A DNA stretch of 20,000 bases from an uncultured virus (IMG/VR IMGVR_UViG_3300030107_002792) (lineage: Duplodnaviria > Heunggongvirae > Uroviricota > Caudoviricetes > Kyanoviridae): IMG/VR virus record IMGVR_UViG_3300030107_002792, one strand, 5' to 3'. The position numbers and the translations under genes are program-made. Position 1 is the first letter of the stretch, and each line of letters opens with the position of its first letter. Below, piece after piece: positions 8,473-17,625 of the stretch. Under the pieces are notes generated by a model, which had not been told where the DNA came from, did no database searches, and saw only the letters and a program-made list of their open reading frames with translations.

Positions 8473-8716
8473 TCCACAGGTCAATGCCATCTATGGACCA
8501 GAATTAGAAAGATCTAATTCTATTTTGGACTGGAAACCAGAGGATATGCATAAATTATTTGATGCATTAAGAGAACATCATCGTGCAAAGAATAGATCGT
8601 CTGTTGATGATATGCTAAATAAAGCTTTACTGGAGTATCAAGATGGGAGCGATGGTTCCACCGAGCAGGAAGAGCTGCTACAACTTTCGAGTGGTGACGA
8701 TAGACAAGGTACTTGA
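8414..8716 (+). CDS. Hypothetical protein with N-terminal signal/hydrophobic segment
   Basis: 100-aa ORF starting MIGILIPLLLMTTPVKA; overlaps both neighbours. Confidence 0.5.
   Translation: MIGILIPLLLMTTPVKAEADPQVNAIYGPELERSNSILDWKPEDMHKLFDALREHHRAKNRSSVDDMLNKALLEYQDGSDGSTEQEELLQLSSGDDRQGT
8615..8621 (+). promoter_or_regulatory. Late promoter variant CTAAATA
   Basis: Upstream of GGAG (8632-8635) and the nuclease ATG 8643; the same variant precedes gp19, gp20 and the aaRS-like gene. Confidence 0.5.
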
Positions 8717-9101
8717 TGGCGATACTATTGACGTTACCATTGATCTTGGGTTTGATCTATACAAGAAAGAAAGAGTTAGAATTGCAGGAGTTGATACGCC
8801 AGAGAAAAGAACAAGAGATCTTGAGGAGAAGGCACTAGGAATCGATGCAACAAACTGGCTTAAAGAAAAATTGGAGACTACCATTGCTGGCGATGATGAG
8901 CTCTCTGTTCGTACTGAGCTTGTCGGCGGCGTTGGGAAGTATGGTCGGCTTCTTGGGTGGCTATACGTGGGGGACGCAACAGTGTCACTCAATGAACAAA
9001 TGATAGAGGAAGGTTATGCTTGGTCGTATGATGGTGGCACTAAACAAAAAGACTTTGAAGAGCTACGTGAAATTAGGAGAACGAATGGGACTTTGGTCTA
9101 G
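8643..9101 (+). CDS. Thermonuclease / staphylococcal nuclease (SNase)-family protein
   Basis: VLDGDTIDV, RVRIAGVDTPE, GKYGRLLG, LNEQMIEEGYA. Confidence 0.9.
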   Translation: MGAMVPPSRKSCYNFRVVTIDKVLDGDTIDVTIDLGFDLYKKERVRIAGVDTPEKRTRDLEEKALGIDATNWLKEKLETTIAGDDELSVRTELVGGVGKYGRLLGWLYVGDATVSLNEQMIEEGYAWSYDGGTKQKDFEELREIRRTNGTLV

Positions 9102-9171
9102 TCTTGATCAAAGAACACTTGATACTAAAGGAATAGTTGTGAATAGATTGATTATTGAATTTAAAAAATGA
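9085..9171 (+). CDS. Possible 28-aa peptide bridging the nuclease and gp17
   Basis: AGGAG at 9075-9079, ATG 9085, MGLWSSLDQRTLDTKGIVVNRLIIEFKK; its stop overlaps the gp17 ATG (ATGA). Confidence 0.4.
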   Translation: MGLWSSLDQRTLDTKGIVVNRLIIEFKK

Positions 9172-10820
9172 GTAAAACACAAGAGATTTATTTAGGTAAT
9201 CCCAATCTAAAGAAGGCAAACGTCACTGTAGACTTTACTAAGAAACAAGTAAATGAATATTTGAAGTGTGCTAAAAATCCTGTGTACTTTATAAGAAAGT
9301 ATATCAAGATTGTATCTCTAGATGAGGGTGTCATACCATTTAAAATGTATGACTTCCAAGAAGGGATGGTAGAGAAGTTTCATGAACACAGGTTCAATAT
9401 ATGTAAACTACCTCGTCAGTCTGGTAAATCTACAATTGTTACGGCATATCTATTGTGGTATGTCTTGTTTAATAGTAATGTAAATGTCGCAATCCTCGCA
9501 AACAAAGCCCCAACTGCAAGAGAAATGCTGGGCCGCTTACAACTTTCTTACGAGAATCTTCCTAAATGGATGCAACAAGGTATCGTGGGGTGGAACAAAG
9601 GAAGCTTGGAGTTGGAGAACGGAAGTAAGATCCTCGCTTCAAGTACTAGTGCTAGTGCTGTTCGCGGTATGTCCTTTAACATTATATTTCTGGACGAATT
9701 CGCGTTTGTTCCGAATCATATTGCTGAACAGTTTTTTGCTAGTGTCTATCCTACTATATCTTCTGGTAAATCAACAAAAGTTATTATCATATCTACACCA
9801 CATGGGATGAATCAGTTTTATAAACTGTGGCATGATGCGGAAAGAGGATCGAATAACTATGTTGCAACAGAAGTCCATTGGTCTCAAGTACCTGGTAGAG
9901 ATGCTAAATGGAAACAACAAACAATTGAAAATACTTCAGAATCACAGTTCAGAGTTGAGTTTGAATGTGAGTTCTTAGGATCAGTTGATACATTAATTAG
10001 TCCAAGTAAATTGAGGATTATGCCATATGAAGAACCAGTCACACAGAATAGAGGATTGGCGGTCTATGAGCAAGTCCAAGAGGAGCATAACTATATTCTT
10101 ACAGTTGATGTATCTCGTGGCATTGGCGGTGATTATTCAGCATTTTGCGTAATGGATACAACCACGCTTCCATATACGATGGTTGCAAGGTATAAGAATA
10201 ATCAAATTAAACCTATCATCTTACCTAATATAATAGTTGATGTAGCTAAGAATTATAATAATGCTTACATCCTATGTGAAGTAAATGACATTGGTGGACA
10301 GGTAGCAGATATAATTCAATACGATTTAGAGTATGAGAATCTTCTTATGGCAGCAATGCGTGGAAGAGCAGGACAACAATTAGGACAGGGATTCTCAGGT
10401 AAGAAAACCCAGTTGGGTGTAAAGATGAGCACGACTGTCAAACAGGTAGGATGTTCTAACCTTAAAGCATTAATAGAAGATGATAAATTAATCATAAAAG
10501 ATTATGATACTATTTCTGAGTTAACTACTTTTATTCAAAAGGGTCAATCATTCCAAGCAGAAGATGGATGTCATGATGATCTTGCTATGTGTTTAGTTAT
10601 TTTTGCGTGGATGGCTATGCAAGAATATTTTAAAGAGATGCATGATAATGATGTACGTCAGAGAATATATGATGATCAGAGAGATTCGATAGAACAAGAT
10701 ATGGCTCCCTTTGGATTTGTTAGTGATGGATTGGAAGATGATGTTATTGTAGATGCTCAAGGGGAAAGATGGGAACTCGCGGAATATGGAGATATTCAGC
10801 ACATGTTAGACTTCAGGTGA
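9168..10820 (+). CDS. gp17: Terminase large subunit gp17
   Basis: YLGNPNLKK, Walker A PRQSGKST, Walker B IIFLDEFAF, ISTPHG, nuclease motifs DVSRG and HDDLAM. Confidence 0.97.
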   Translation: MSKTQEIYLGNPNLKKANVTVDFTKKQVNEYLKCAKNPVYFIRKYIKIVSLDEGVIPFKMYDFQEGMVEKFHEHRFNICKLPRQSGKSTIVTAYLLWYVLFNSNVNVAILANKAPTAREMLGRLQLSYENLPKWMQQGIVGWNKGSLELENGSKILASSTSASAVRGMSFNIIFLDEFAFVPNHIAEQFFASVYPTISSGKSTKVIIISTPHGMNQFYKLWHDAERGSNNYVATEVHWSQVPGRDAKWKQQTIENTSESQFRVEFECEFLGSVDTLISPSKLRIMPYEEPVTQNRGLAVYEQVQEEHNYILTVDVSRGIGGDYSAFCVMDTTTLPYTMVARYKNNQIKPIILPNIIVDVAKNYNNAYILCEVNDIGGQVADIIQYDLEYENLLMAAMRGRAGQQLGQGFSGKKTQLGVKMSTTVKQVGCSNLKALIEDDKLIIKDYDTISELTTFIQKGQSFQAEDGCHDDLAMCLVIFAWMAMQEYFKEMHDNDVRQRIYDDQRDSIEQDMAPFGFVSDGLEDDVIVDAQGERWELAEYGDIQHMLDFR

Positions 10821-10831
10821 CGTTTCAAAAA

Positions 10832-10839
10832 TATAAATA
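10832..10839 (+). promoter_or_regulatory. T4-type late promoter TATAAATA for gp18
   Basis: Exact consensus in the gp17-gp18 gap; AGGAG RBS follows. Confidence 0.85.
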
Positions 10840-10883
10840 ATCTTAGACAAAGCGAAAAGCATTTTTTCTAGGAGTATATAAAC

Positions 10884-13133
10884 ATGGCAGCCAATCAATC
10901 ATCGCCAGGTGTAGTAGTACAGGAAAGAGACCTGACAACAGTCTCTACTGTATCATCTGCAAATATAGGCGTTCTTGCAGCACCCTTTGAGTCAGGTCCA
11001 GTTGAAGAGATTGTAGAGATCGCTTCTGAGAGAGCGTTGGCTGAAACATTCGGTGATCCAAATAGTGCAAACTACGAATACTGGTTTACAGCATCACAAT
11101 TTTTAGCATACGGTGGTGTTCTTAAAACCATCCGTGTTAATTCTTCAACTCTTAAGAACGCTGTTGATACTGGAACTGCTCCTCTAATTAAGAATTTTCA
11201 AGATTACGAAACAACCTACGAACCTGCTAATAACAGTTGGACATGGGCTGCCAAGACTGCTGGAACAAAAGGTAATTCAATAGGAATATTTGTAACAGAC
11301 TCTGGTGCTGATCATATTGCTGTTCTTCCAGCTCCTAGTTCAGGTAACGAATGGGAGTATGTTGCTAATGCTGCTCTAACTGCTGCTTCTGGTGCTTCTG
11401 GTAAAGTTTATAAGTATACACTTATCCTTGATATTGATACTATTGTTGGTTCATTTACTCCTGGTGTTGCTACTACAATTAATATTGGTGGTTCACAAGA
11501 AAGTGTAAACGTTCTTGCATACGATGCAACTAATAAGAAATTAGAAGTTGATCTTCCTAGTGGTGGTGTTACTGGTATCATTGCTAATGATCAAGCAATT
11601 ACACAGGGAACTAATACTGCTGCTGTTAATACAACAATTGAGCGTCGTCTTTATATCGTTAAAGACAAAGATAGCATCGACTTTGCTGCTAGTGATGTTC
11701 TTGCTGATACAAACTCAAACAACGCTACTGTTTCTTCTATTCGTACTGAGTATGCAGAGCGTGAGTATCTTCCTGGTGTTAAGTGGATTAACGTTGCTCC
11801 CCGTCCAGAAACTTCACAGTTTACAAGTCAAGTAGGTGGACATCGTGACGAACTACACATTCTTGTAGTTGATATTGATGGTAAGATTACTGGTACAACT
11901 GGTGCTTTACTTGAGCGTTACATTGGTCTTTCTAAAGCATCTAATGCTAAGACTTCTGTTGGAGAAACAAACTACTACGTTGATGTTCTGAAGCAACGTT
12001 CACAGTATATCTACTGGGGTGAGCACGAGGGAACTACTTTCGCTGCCACAGCTGTTTCTGCTGATGGTCTTTGGGGAACTACTGCAGACGCAAGACAGTT
12101 TAACTTACTACAGTCTGCTACAGGTACTACTGATTTCCCTGCTGGTGCTACAACTGTTGCTTCTAAGAAGAATGCAACTTACTACTATCGTTTAGCTGGT
12201 GGTGCAGACTACGCAGTTTCTGGTGGACAGTATAGTGTATCAAACACAGATGTTACAGGTGCATATCAACTAGTTGAAGATCCTGAGTCACAAACAATTG
12301 ACTTCCTATTAACTGGTCCTTCTGGAACAGATGATGCAGGTGCAATTGCTAAGATTACTGGTCTAGTTAACATCGCTGAAGAGCGTCGTGACTGCATGGT
12401 ATTTGTTTCACCTCGTCGTGCTAACGTTGTTGGTCAAACTAATACAACTACAATCACAACAAATATTGTTGACTTCATGAGGCAACTACCAAGTTCTTCT
12501 TACGTGGTATTTGATTCTGGTTACAAGTATATCTACGACAAGTATAGTGACGTATATCGTTACGTTCCTTGTAACGGTGACATGGCTGGTCTATGCTTAC
12601 AAACTGCTGAAGTTTCTGAAGCATGGTTCTCACCTGCTGGTTTCCAACGTGGTGTTCTAAGAAATGCTATTAAACTAGCATATACACCAACTAAGACTCA
12701 GCGTGATCGTCTATATGCAAATAGAGTTAACCCAATCGTAGCCTTCCCTGGACAGGGTGTGGTACTATTTGGTGATAAAACTGCTCTTGGATTTGCTAGT
12801 GCATTTGACCGCATTAACATTCGTCGCTTATTCCTTGTTGTTGAAAGAGTTATTCAAAGTGCTGCTAAGGCACAACTCTTCGAGCAAAACGATGAGTCAC
12901 AAAGAAGTCTATTCGTTAACATTATCGAACCATATCTCCGTGACGTTCAAGGACGTAGAGGTATTACAGACTTCCTTATTAAGTGTGATAGCACAAACAA
13001 TACACCTGAAGCAGTTGACCGTGGAGAATTCTATGCTGAGATCTTCATCAAGCCAACACGCACAATTAACTACATCACTCTAACCTTCGTTGCAACCAGA
13101 ACTGGTGTTGCATTTACTGAGGTTGCGAACTAA
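10884..13133 (+). CDS. gp18: Tail sheath protein gp18
   Basis: SPGVVVQERDLT, WFSPAGFQRG, FDRINIRRLF, IKPTRTINYITLTFVATRTGV. Confidence 0.96.
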   Translation: MAANQSSPGVVVQERDLTTVSTVSSANIGVLAAPFESGPVEEIVEIASERALAETFGDPNSANYEYWFTASQFLAYGGVLKTIRVNSSTLKNAVDTGTAPLIKNFQDYETTYEPANNSWTWAAKTAGTKGNSIGIFVTDSGADHIAVLPAPSSGNEWEYVANAALTAASGASGKVYKYTLILDIDTIVGSFTPGVATTINIGGSQESVNVLAYDATNKKLEVDLPSGGVTGIIANDQAITQGTNTAAVNTTIERRLYIVKDKDSIDFAASDVLADTNSNNATVSSIRTEYAEREYLPGVKWINVAPRPETSQFTSQVGGHRDELHILVVDIDGKITGTTGALLERYIGLSKASNAKTSVGETNYYVDVLKQRSQYIYWGEHEGTTFAATAVSADGLWGTTADARQFNLLQSATGTTDFPAGATTVASKKNATYYYRLAGGADYAVSGGQYSVSNTDVTGAYQLVEDPESQTIDFLLTGPSGTDDAGAIAKITGLVNIAEERRDCMVFVSPRRANVVGQTNTTTITTNIVDFMRQLPSSSYVVFDSGYKYIYDKYSDVYRYVPCNGDMAGLCLQTAEVSEAWFSPAGFQRGVLRNAIKLAYTPTKTQRDRLYANRVNPIVAFPGQGVVLFGDKTALGFASAFDRINIRRLFLVVERVIQSAAKAQLFEQNDESQRSLFVNIIEPYLRDVQGRRGITDFLIKCDSTNNTPEAVDRGEFYAEIFIKPTRTINYITLTFVATRTGVAFTEVAN

Positions 13134-13157
13134 ATAGTTCTGAGTTCGAGATGGATC

Positions 13158-13183
13158 AGAGACCCTACGGGGTCTCTTTTTTT
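13158..13183 (+). terminator. Rho-independent terminator after gp18
   Basis: AGAGACCC-TACG-GGGTCTCT stem with a cUACGg tetraloop, followed by a T tract. Confidence 0.9.
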
Positions 13184-13203
13184 GCGTGAAAATATTAATA
13201 CTT

Positions 13204-13210
13204 CTAAATA
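13204..13210 (+). promoter_or_regulatory. Late promoter CTAAATA for gp19
   Basis: Between the terminator and the AGGAG RBS of gp19. Confidence 0.7.
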
Positions 13211-13238
13211 ATAAAGTTAGGAGTACTTTTATACAATC

Positions 13239-13817
13239 ATGGCAGAAAGAGGAACAATTGATGCTTTTAAGAGTAATGTCGCCGCAGACTTTGCTCGTCC
13301 TAATCTATTCCAAGTAGATTTAGCATTCCCACAAGAAATACAAGCGGCCGCTGATCTATCAAGACTTGGGAAGTTTACAGTTAGAGCAGCAAATTTACCT
13401 TCATCACAGTTAGGTGTCATTGAAGTACCATTTAGAGGTAGAACACTTAAGATTGCTGGAGACAGAACCTTTGAACCTTGGACAATCACTGTAATGAATG
13501 ACAGTGCATTTAGAATCCGCACTACATTTGAAAAGTGGGCTTCTTCAATACAAGCATATAATGAGAACTTTACTGCTGCAGCAGGACTAGGAGATGATGA
13601 TGATTCTACTGGTTATTTTGCGGATATGAAAGTTCATCAACTCTCACGTGGAATAAAGACAGGTGATTCACCTAAGATTCTCAAGAGTTATAAATTCTTT
13701 AACTGCTTCCCAAGTAATATCGCTGCTATCGATCTTGATTTCGGTAACAACGATGCTGTTGAAGAGTTCACTGTGGAGCTACAAGTCCAGTACTGGACTC
13801 CAATAGCGTCTGACTAA
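13239..13817 (+). CDS. gp19: Tail tube protein gp19
   Basis: ARPNLFQV, VPFRGRTLKIAGDRTFEPWTITVMND, EEFTVELQVQYW. Confidence 0.96.
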   Translation: MAERGTIDAFKSNVAADFARPNLFQVDLAFPQEIQAAADLSRLGKFTVRAANLPSSQLGVIEVPFRGRTLKIAGDRTFEPWTITVMNDSAFRIRTTFEKWASSIQAYNENFTAAAGLGDDDDSTGYFADMKVHQLSRGIKTGDSPKILKSYKFFNCFPSNIAAIDLDFGNNDAVEEFTVELQVQYWTPIASD

Positions 13818-13822
13818 CCCTA

Positions 13823-13829
13823 CTAAATA
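13823..13829 (+). promoter_or_regulatory. Late promoter CTAAATA for gp20
   Basis: Intergenic, 30 nt before ATG 13859. Confidence 0.7.
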
Positions 13830-13858
13830 GAAACAGGACCAATCAGTTTTATAACATA

Positions 13859-15487
13859 ATGGCACAACAGCTCTTCGGATTTTCATTACAAAGAGCGAAG
13901 AAGGTCCCCAAGGGGCCTTCTTTTGTTCAAAAGGATAGTCTAGATGGATCACAACCTATTGTAGGTGGTGGTTACTATGGCTATTCTGTTGATTTTGATG
14001 GACAGATCCGAAATGAATATGAATTAATCACCCGATATAGGGAGATGGTTTTACAACCAGAATGTGATAGTGCAGTTGATGATGTAGTCAATGAAACTAT
14101 ATGTGGTAATTTTGATGATGTACCCGTAGCAGTTGAATTATCCAACCTTAAGGTATCATCAAAAGTAAAGACTTTAATTAGAGAAGAGTTTGATGAGATT
14201 CTTCGTTTACTAGATTTTGACAATAGAAGTTATGAGATCTTCCGTAGATGGTATGTCGATGGAAGACTTTTTTATCATAAAGTTATTGACCCAGATAAAC
14301 CTAGAAGTGGTTTGGTAGAACTACGTTATATCGATCCACGTAAGATTCGTAAAGTTACTGAGTATGAATCTAAGAATCCTGAGTTGATGAGAGGAGTAGA
14401 TCTTAATACTGCTCTTAGTAGAAAGAGTGCAGATTATTTCTTATACAATCCAAAAGGATTAAAGAACTCCACTAATCAGGGTATGAAAATTGCACCTGAT
14501 TCAGTTACATATGTCCATAGTGGCATACAGGATTTAAATAAAAACATGGTGCTATCGCACCTACACAAAGCAATCAAGGCAGTCAATCAGTTAAGAATGA
14601 TTGAAGACTCTCTTGTTATCTACCGTTTATCACGAGCACCAGAAAGAAGAATTTTCTATATTGATGTTGGTAATCTACCTAAGAATAAGGCAGAGCAATA
14701 CCTCCGTGAAGTAATGGGTCGTTACAGAAACAAACTTGTATATGACGCAAACACTGGTGAGATCAAGGATGACAAGAAGTTCATGTCCATGTTGGAAGAC
14801 TTCTGGTTACCTAGAAGAGAGGGTGGTAGAGGAACTGAGATCTCTACTTTACCTGGTGGTCAGAACCTTGGAGAACTAGAAGACGTTAAGTACTTCCAGA
14901 AGAAACTATACAAATCACTGAACGTTCCTAACTCAAGATTAGAGACAGAGACTACATTTAACATTGGTCGTGCTGCTGAGATCACAAGAGATGAGGTTAA
15001 GTTCCAGAAGTTTGTCGCAAGATTGCGTAAGAGATTCTCTGAATTGTTCATGGATCTTCTCAAAACTCAATTGGTTCTAAAGGGTATTATTACTCTTGAG
15101 GATTGGGAAGATATGAAGGAGCATATCCAATTCGATTACATTGCTGATAACTATTTCTCTGAATTAAAAGACATTGAAATCCGCAATGAAAGGATGAATG
15201 AAGTTGCTCAGATGGATCCTTACGTTGGTAAGTACTTCTCTGCTGAGTATATCAGGAAGCAAATTCTTAAACAAACTGATGTTGAGGTTAAAGAAATCGA
15301 CAAACAGATTGAGAAAGAAATTAATGACGGAACTATCATGGATCCCCAAGCAATGCAAGCAATTGAAATGGGGATAGGTGAAGAAGATCCTGCTGCTGCA
15401 GGACAACTACCTCCCGCAGAAGGGGGAGGAACCCCCGACCCAAAAGGTCAAATTGACGCTGCAGATCAACGCAGGGGAGAAATCTGA
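13859..15487 (+). CDS. gp20: Portal vertex protein gp20
   Basis: FRRWYVDGR, YRLSRAPERRIFYIDVGNLPK, EDFWLPRREGGRGTEISTLPGG, EITRDEVKF. Confidence 0.97.
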   Translation: MAQQLFGFSLQRAKKVPKGPSFVQKDSLDGSQPIVGGGYYGYSVDFDGQIRNEYELITRYREMVLQPECDSAVDDVVNETICGNFDDVPVAVELSNLKVSSKVKTLIREEFDEILRLLDFDNRSYEIFRRWYVDGRLFYHKVIDPDKPRSGLVELRYIDPRKIRKVTEYESKNPELMRGVDLNTALSRKSADYFLYNPKGLKNSTNQGMKIAPDSVTYVHSGIQDLNKNMVLSHLHKAIKAVNQLRMIEDSLVIYRLSRAPERRIFYIDVGNLPKNKAEQYLREVMGRYRNKLVYDANTGEIKDDKKFMSMLEDFWLPRREGGRGTEISTLPGGQNLGELEDVKYFQKKLYKSLNVPNSRLETETTFNIGRAAEITRDEVKFQKFVARLRKRFSELFMDLLKTQLVLKGIITLEDWEDMKEHIQFDYIADNYFSELKDIEIRNERMNEVAQMDPYVGKYFSAEYIRKQILKQTDVEVKEIDKQIEKEINDGTIMDPQAMQAIEMGIGEEDPAAAGQLPPAEGGGTPDPKGQIDAADQRRGEI

Positions 15488-15497
15488 TAAATAAATA
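15487..15497 (+). promoter_or_regulatory. Probable late promoter (tandem ATAAATA)
   Basis: ATAAATAAATA directly at the gp20 stop. Confidence 0.55.
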
Positions 15498-15514
15498 TTA
15501 AAGTGGGAATTATT

Positions 15515-15880
15515 ATGCCAAGCGAAATCGCACATACTATAGTAAATCATGTCTTTAGTGATGAGAAAGCTAAAGCTATTGACGCAATGAATGATGCTTT
15601 AAGTGCATCTGCATATGATGCTATTCAACAACAAAAGGTTGAGTTTGCAAAAATGCATGGATTTAATCCAGATGACACGGCACAAGATGTGGCTGACGAA
15701 ATTGCTGACAATCAACCACCTGCAGGTGATGTTCAGGATGTAGACTTTCAAGGTCGCAAACCTGAAGATGCTCCAGCAGATGAAATGGCAGATGAAGTCC
15801 CCGATCCACTACCACCTAACACAGCAGTAGTAGATTCAATAGAACCTATAGAGGAACCAGAAAATGAGACTAATAGCTGA
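15515..15880 (+). CDS. Small acidic prohead core protein (gp67-like by position)
   Basis: Lies between gp20 and gp21; helical N-terminus and D/E/P-rich tail. ATG 15515 preferred over GTG 15503. Confidence 0.6.
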   Translation: MPSEIAHTIVNHVFSDEKAKAIDAMNDALSASAYDAIQQQKVEFAKMHGFNPDDTAQDVADEIADNQPPAGDVQDVDFQGRKPEDAPADEMADEVPDPLPPNTAVVDSIEPIEEPENETNS

Positions 15881-16511
15881 ACAAATCACCAAAGCAGAAT
15901 TCATTCTAGAAGACCGTAAAGGTGGTGGAAAGAACTATTTCATTGAAGGTGTATTTCTCCAAGCGGAATTGAAGAATAAGAATGGTCGTATGTACCCATT
16001 CAAAACTCTTCAAAGGGAAGTGGCTAAATATGATGAGAACTTTATTACTAAAGGGCGTGCATTGGGTGAGTTAGGTCATCCCGAAGGTCCATCTATCAAC
16101 CTTGATAGAGTATCTCATAAGATCGAAAGTCTTAGAGAAGATGGTAATAACTTCATCGGTAGAGCAAAGATACTTGATACTCCAAATGGAAAGATTGCAA
16201 AATCTCTTCTTGATGAGGGTGTAAGTCTCGGAGTTTCTTCTAGAGGTATGGGTTCACTTCGCAAAGAAGATGGATGTAATATCGTAGAAGATGACTTTAT
16301 GCTTGCCACTGCTGCTGATATAGTTGCAGATCCTTCAGCTCCAGATGCTTTTGTTGATGGAATTATGGAAGGAAAAGAATGGGTTTGGGACAATGGAATC
16401 ATAAAAGAATCTGCTGTTGCTCAAATCAAACAAGAAATTGACCAAGCAACTCTTAGAAACTTACAGGAAAGAAAAATTTCCGCGTTCAACAAGTTTTTAA
16501 GAAGTTTGTAA
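15864..16511 (+). CDS. gp21: Prohead protease gp21
   Basis: NKNGRMYP, ALGELGHP, GVSSRGMGS, DIVADPSAPDAFV. Confidence 0.96.
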   Translation: MRLIAEQITKAEFILEDRKGGGKNYFIEGVFLQAELKNKNGRMYPFKTLQREVAKYDENFITKGRALGELGHPEGPSINLDRVSHKIESLREDGNNFIGRAKILDTPNGKIAKSLLDEGVSLGVSSRGMGSLRKEDGCNIVEDDFMLATAADIVADPSAPDAFVDGIMEGKEWVWDNGIIKESAVAQIKQEIDQATLRNLQERKISAFNKFLRSL

Positions 16512-16513
16512 TT

Positions 16514-16521
16514 TATAAATA
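16514..16521 (+). promoter_or_regulatory. T4-type late promoter TATAAATA for gp22-gp23
   Basis: Exact consensus right after the gp21 stop; GGAG RBS follows. Confidence 0.85.
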
Positions 16522-16558
16522 AACATAGACAACGTAAAAGTTAACGGAGTTAATTCAA

Positions 16559-17596
16559 ATGGCTGAGACCCTCGACAAAAATCTAGATAACATGGAAGAA
16601 GTGACCGAAGGTTCTAATCCAGTTACTAAAAACGCTAAACCTGGCGAATCTATTGACACCTCTAAAGGTGGTGGCAAGAAGGTTATTGCAGTAACTACCG
16701 ACTCTTTCGAGGGTGCGGCTGGAACTAAGAACGCTGGAGCAAGTGCTTCTGGTGACGTAAGTGTAGAAAAGGATAAGTCTTTAAAGACGAAGCCTTCGGA
16801 TGCATCTAGTAAACAGGAGGAGGTTGAAGCCGATGGCGAAACGATCCAAGAAGAAACCCCTGAAACCAACTACGACTTTAGTGAAGACGTTGACGCTCTT
16901 GTCGCTGGTGAAGAACTCACAGAAGAGTTCCGAGCAAAAGCAGTGACAATCTTCGAGGCGGCTGTTACTTCACGTGTTAATAGCGAAGTTAAAGTCGTAC
17001 AGGAAGCGTTGGAAGAATCTCTCAATGAAGAAGTTGAGAAGATCAAAACAGAATTGGCAGAAAAAGTCGATGACTACCTATCTTATGCTGCTAAAACCTG
17101 GATGGAGGAGAATTCTCTACAGGTTGAGCACGGAATTAAGACTGAGATGGCAGAGTCATTCTTTAACGGCCTAAAAGAACTCTTCGTAGAACACAACTTT
17201 AGTGTTCCCGAAGAAAAATTCAACCTGCTCGATGGAATGGCAGGTGAGCTTGATGAGATGGAGAAAAAACTCAATGAGCAAATCGACACTAATGTATCTT
17301 TGAATAAGAGAATTGGTGACTTTAGTAAAATGGAAATTGTGAACGAATGCGCTGCAGGACTTGCTGAAACCCAAAAGGATAAGCTTGCTAAACTTGCAGA
17401 GGGAGTTGAGTTTGAGAATGAAGCAGACTATCGTAAGAAAGTCGAAACTATCAAGGAATCATATTTCACTAGGAAGGCCGAAGTTGCAGAATCTGTAACG
17501 GAACCCACCGAAGAAAGTTCTGAGCCATTGGTAGAAAGCAACGAGTCAGGATCTATGTCGAAGTACGTAGATGCCCTAGCACGTTGGTCCAAATAA
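16559..17596 (+). CDS. gp22: Prohead core scaffold protein gp22
   Basis: Acidic coiled-coil with IFEAAV, KVDDYLSY, IKESYF, MSKYVDAL; between gp21 and gp23. Confidence 0.93.
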   Translation: MAETLDKNLDNMEEVTEGSNPVTKNAKPGESIDTSKGGGKKVIAVTTDSFEGAAGTKNAGASASGDVSVEKDKSLKTKPSDASSKQEEVEADGETIQEETPETNYDFSEDVDALVAGEELTEEFRAKAVTIFEAAVTSRVNSEVKVVQEALEESLNEEVEKIKTELAEKVDDYLSYAAKTWMEENSLQVEHGIKTEMAESFFNGLKELFVEHNFSVPEEKFNLLDGMAGELDEMEKKLNEQIDTNVSLNKRIGDFSKMEIVNECAAGLAETQKDKLAKLAEGVEFENEADYRKKVETIKESYFTRKAEVAESVTEPTEESSEPLVESNESGSMSKYVDALARWSK

Positions 17597-17625
17597 TTAA
17601 AAACAACTACTTTTTTTAAGTCAAA

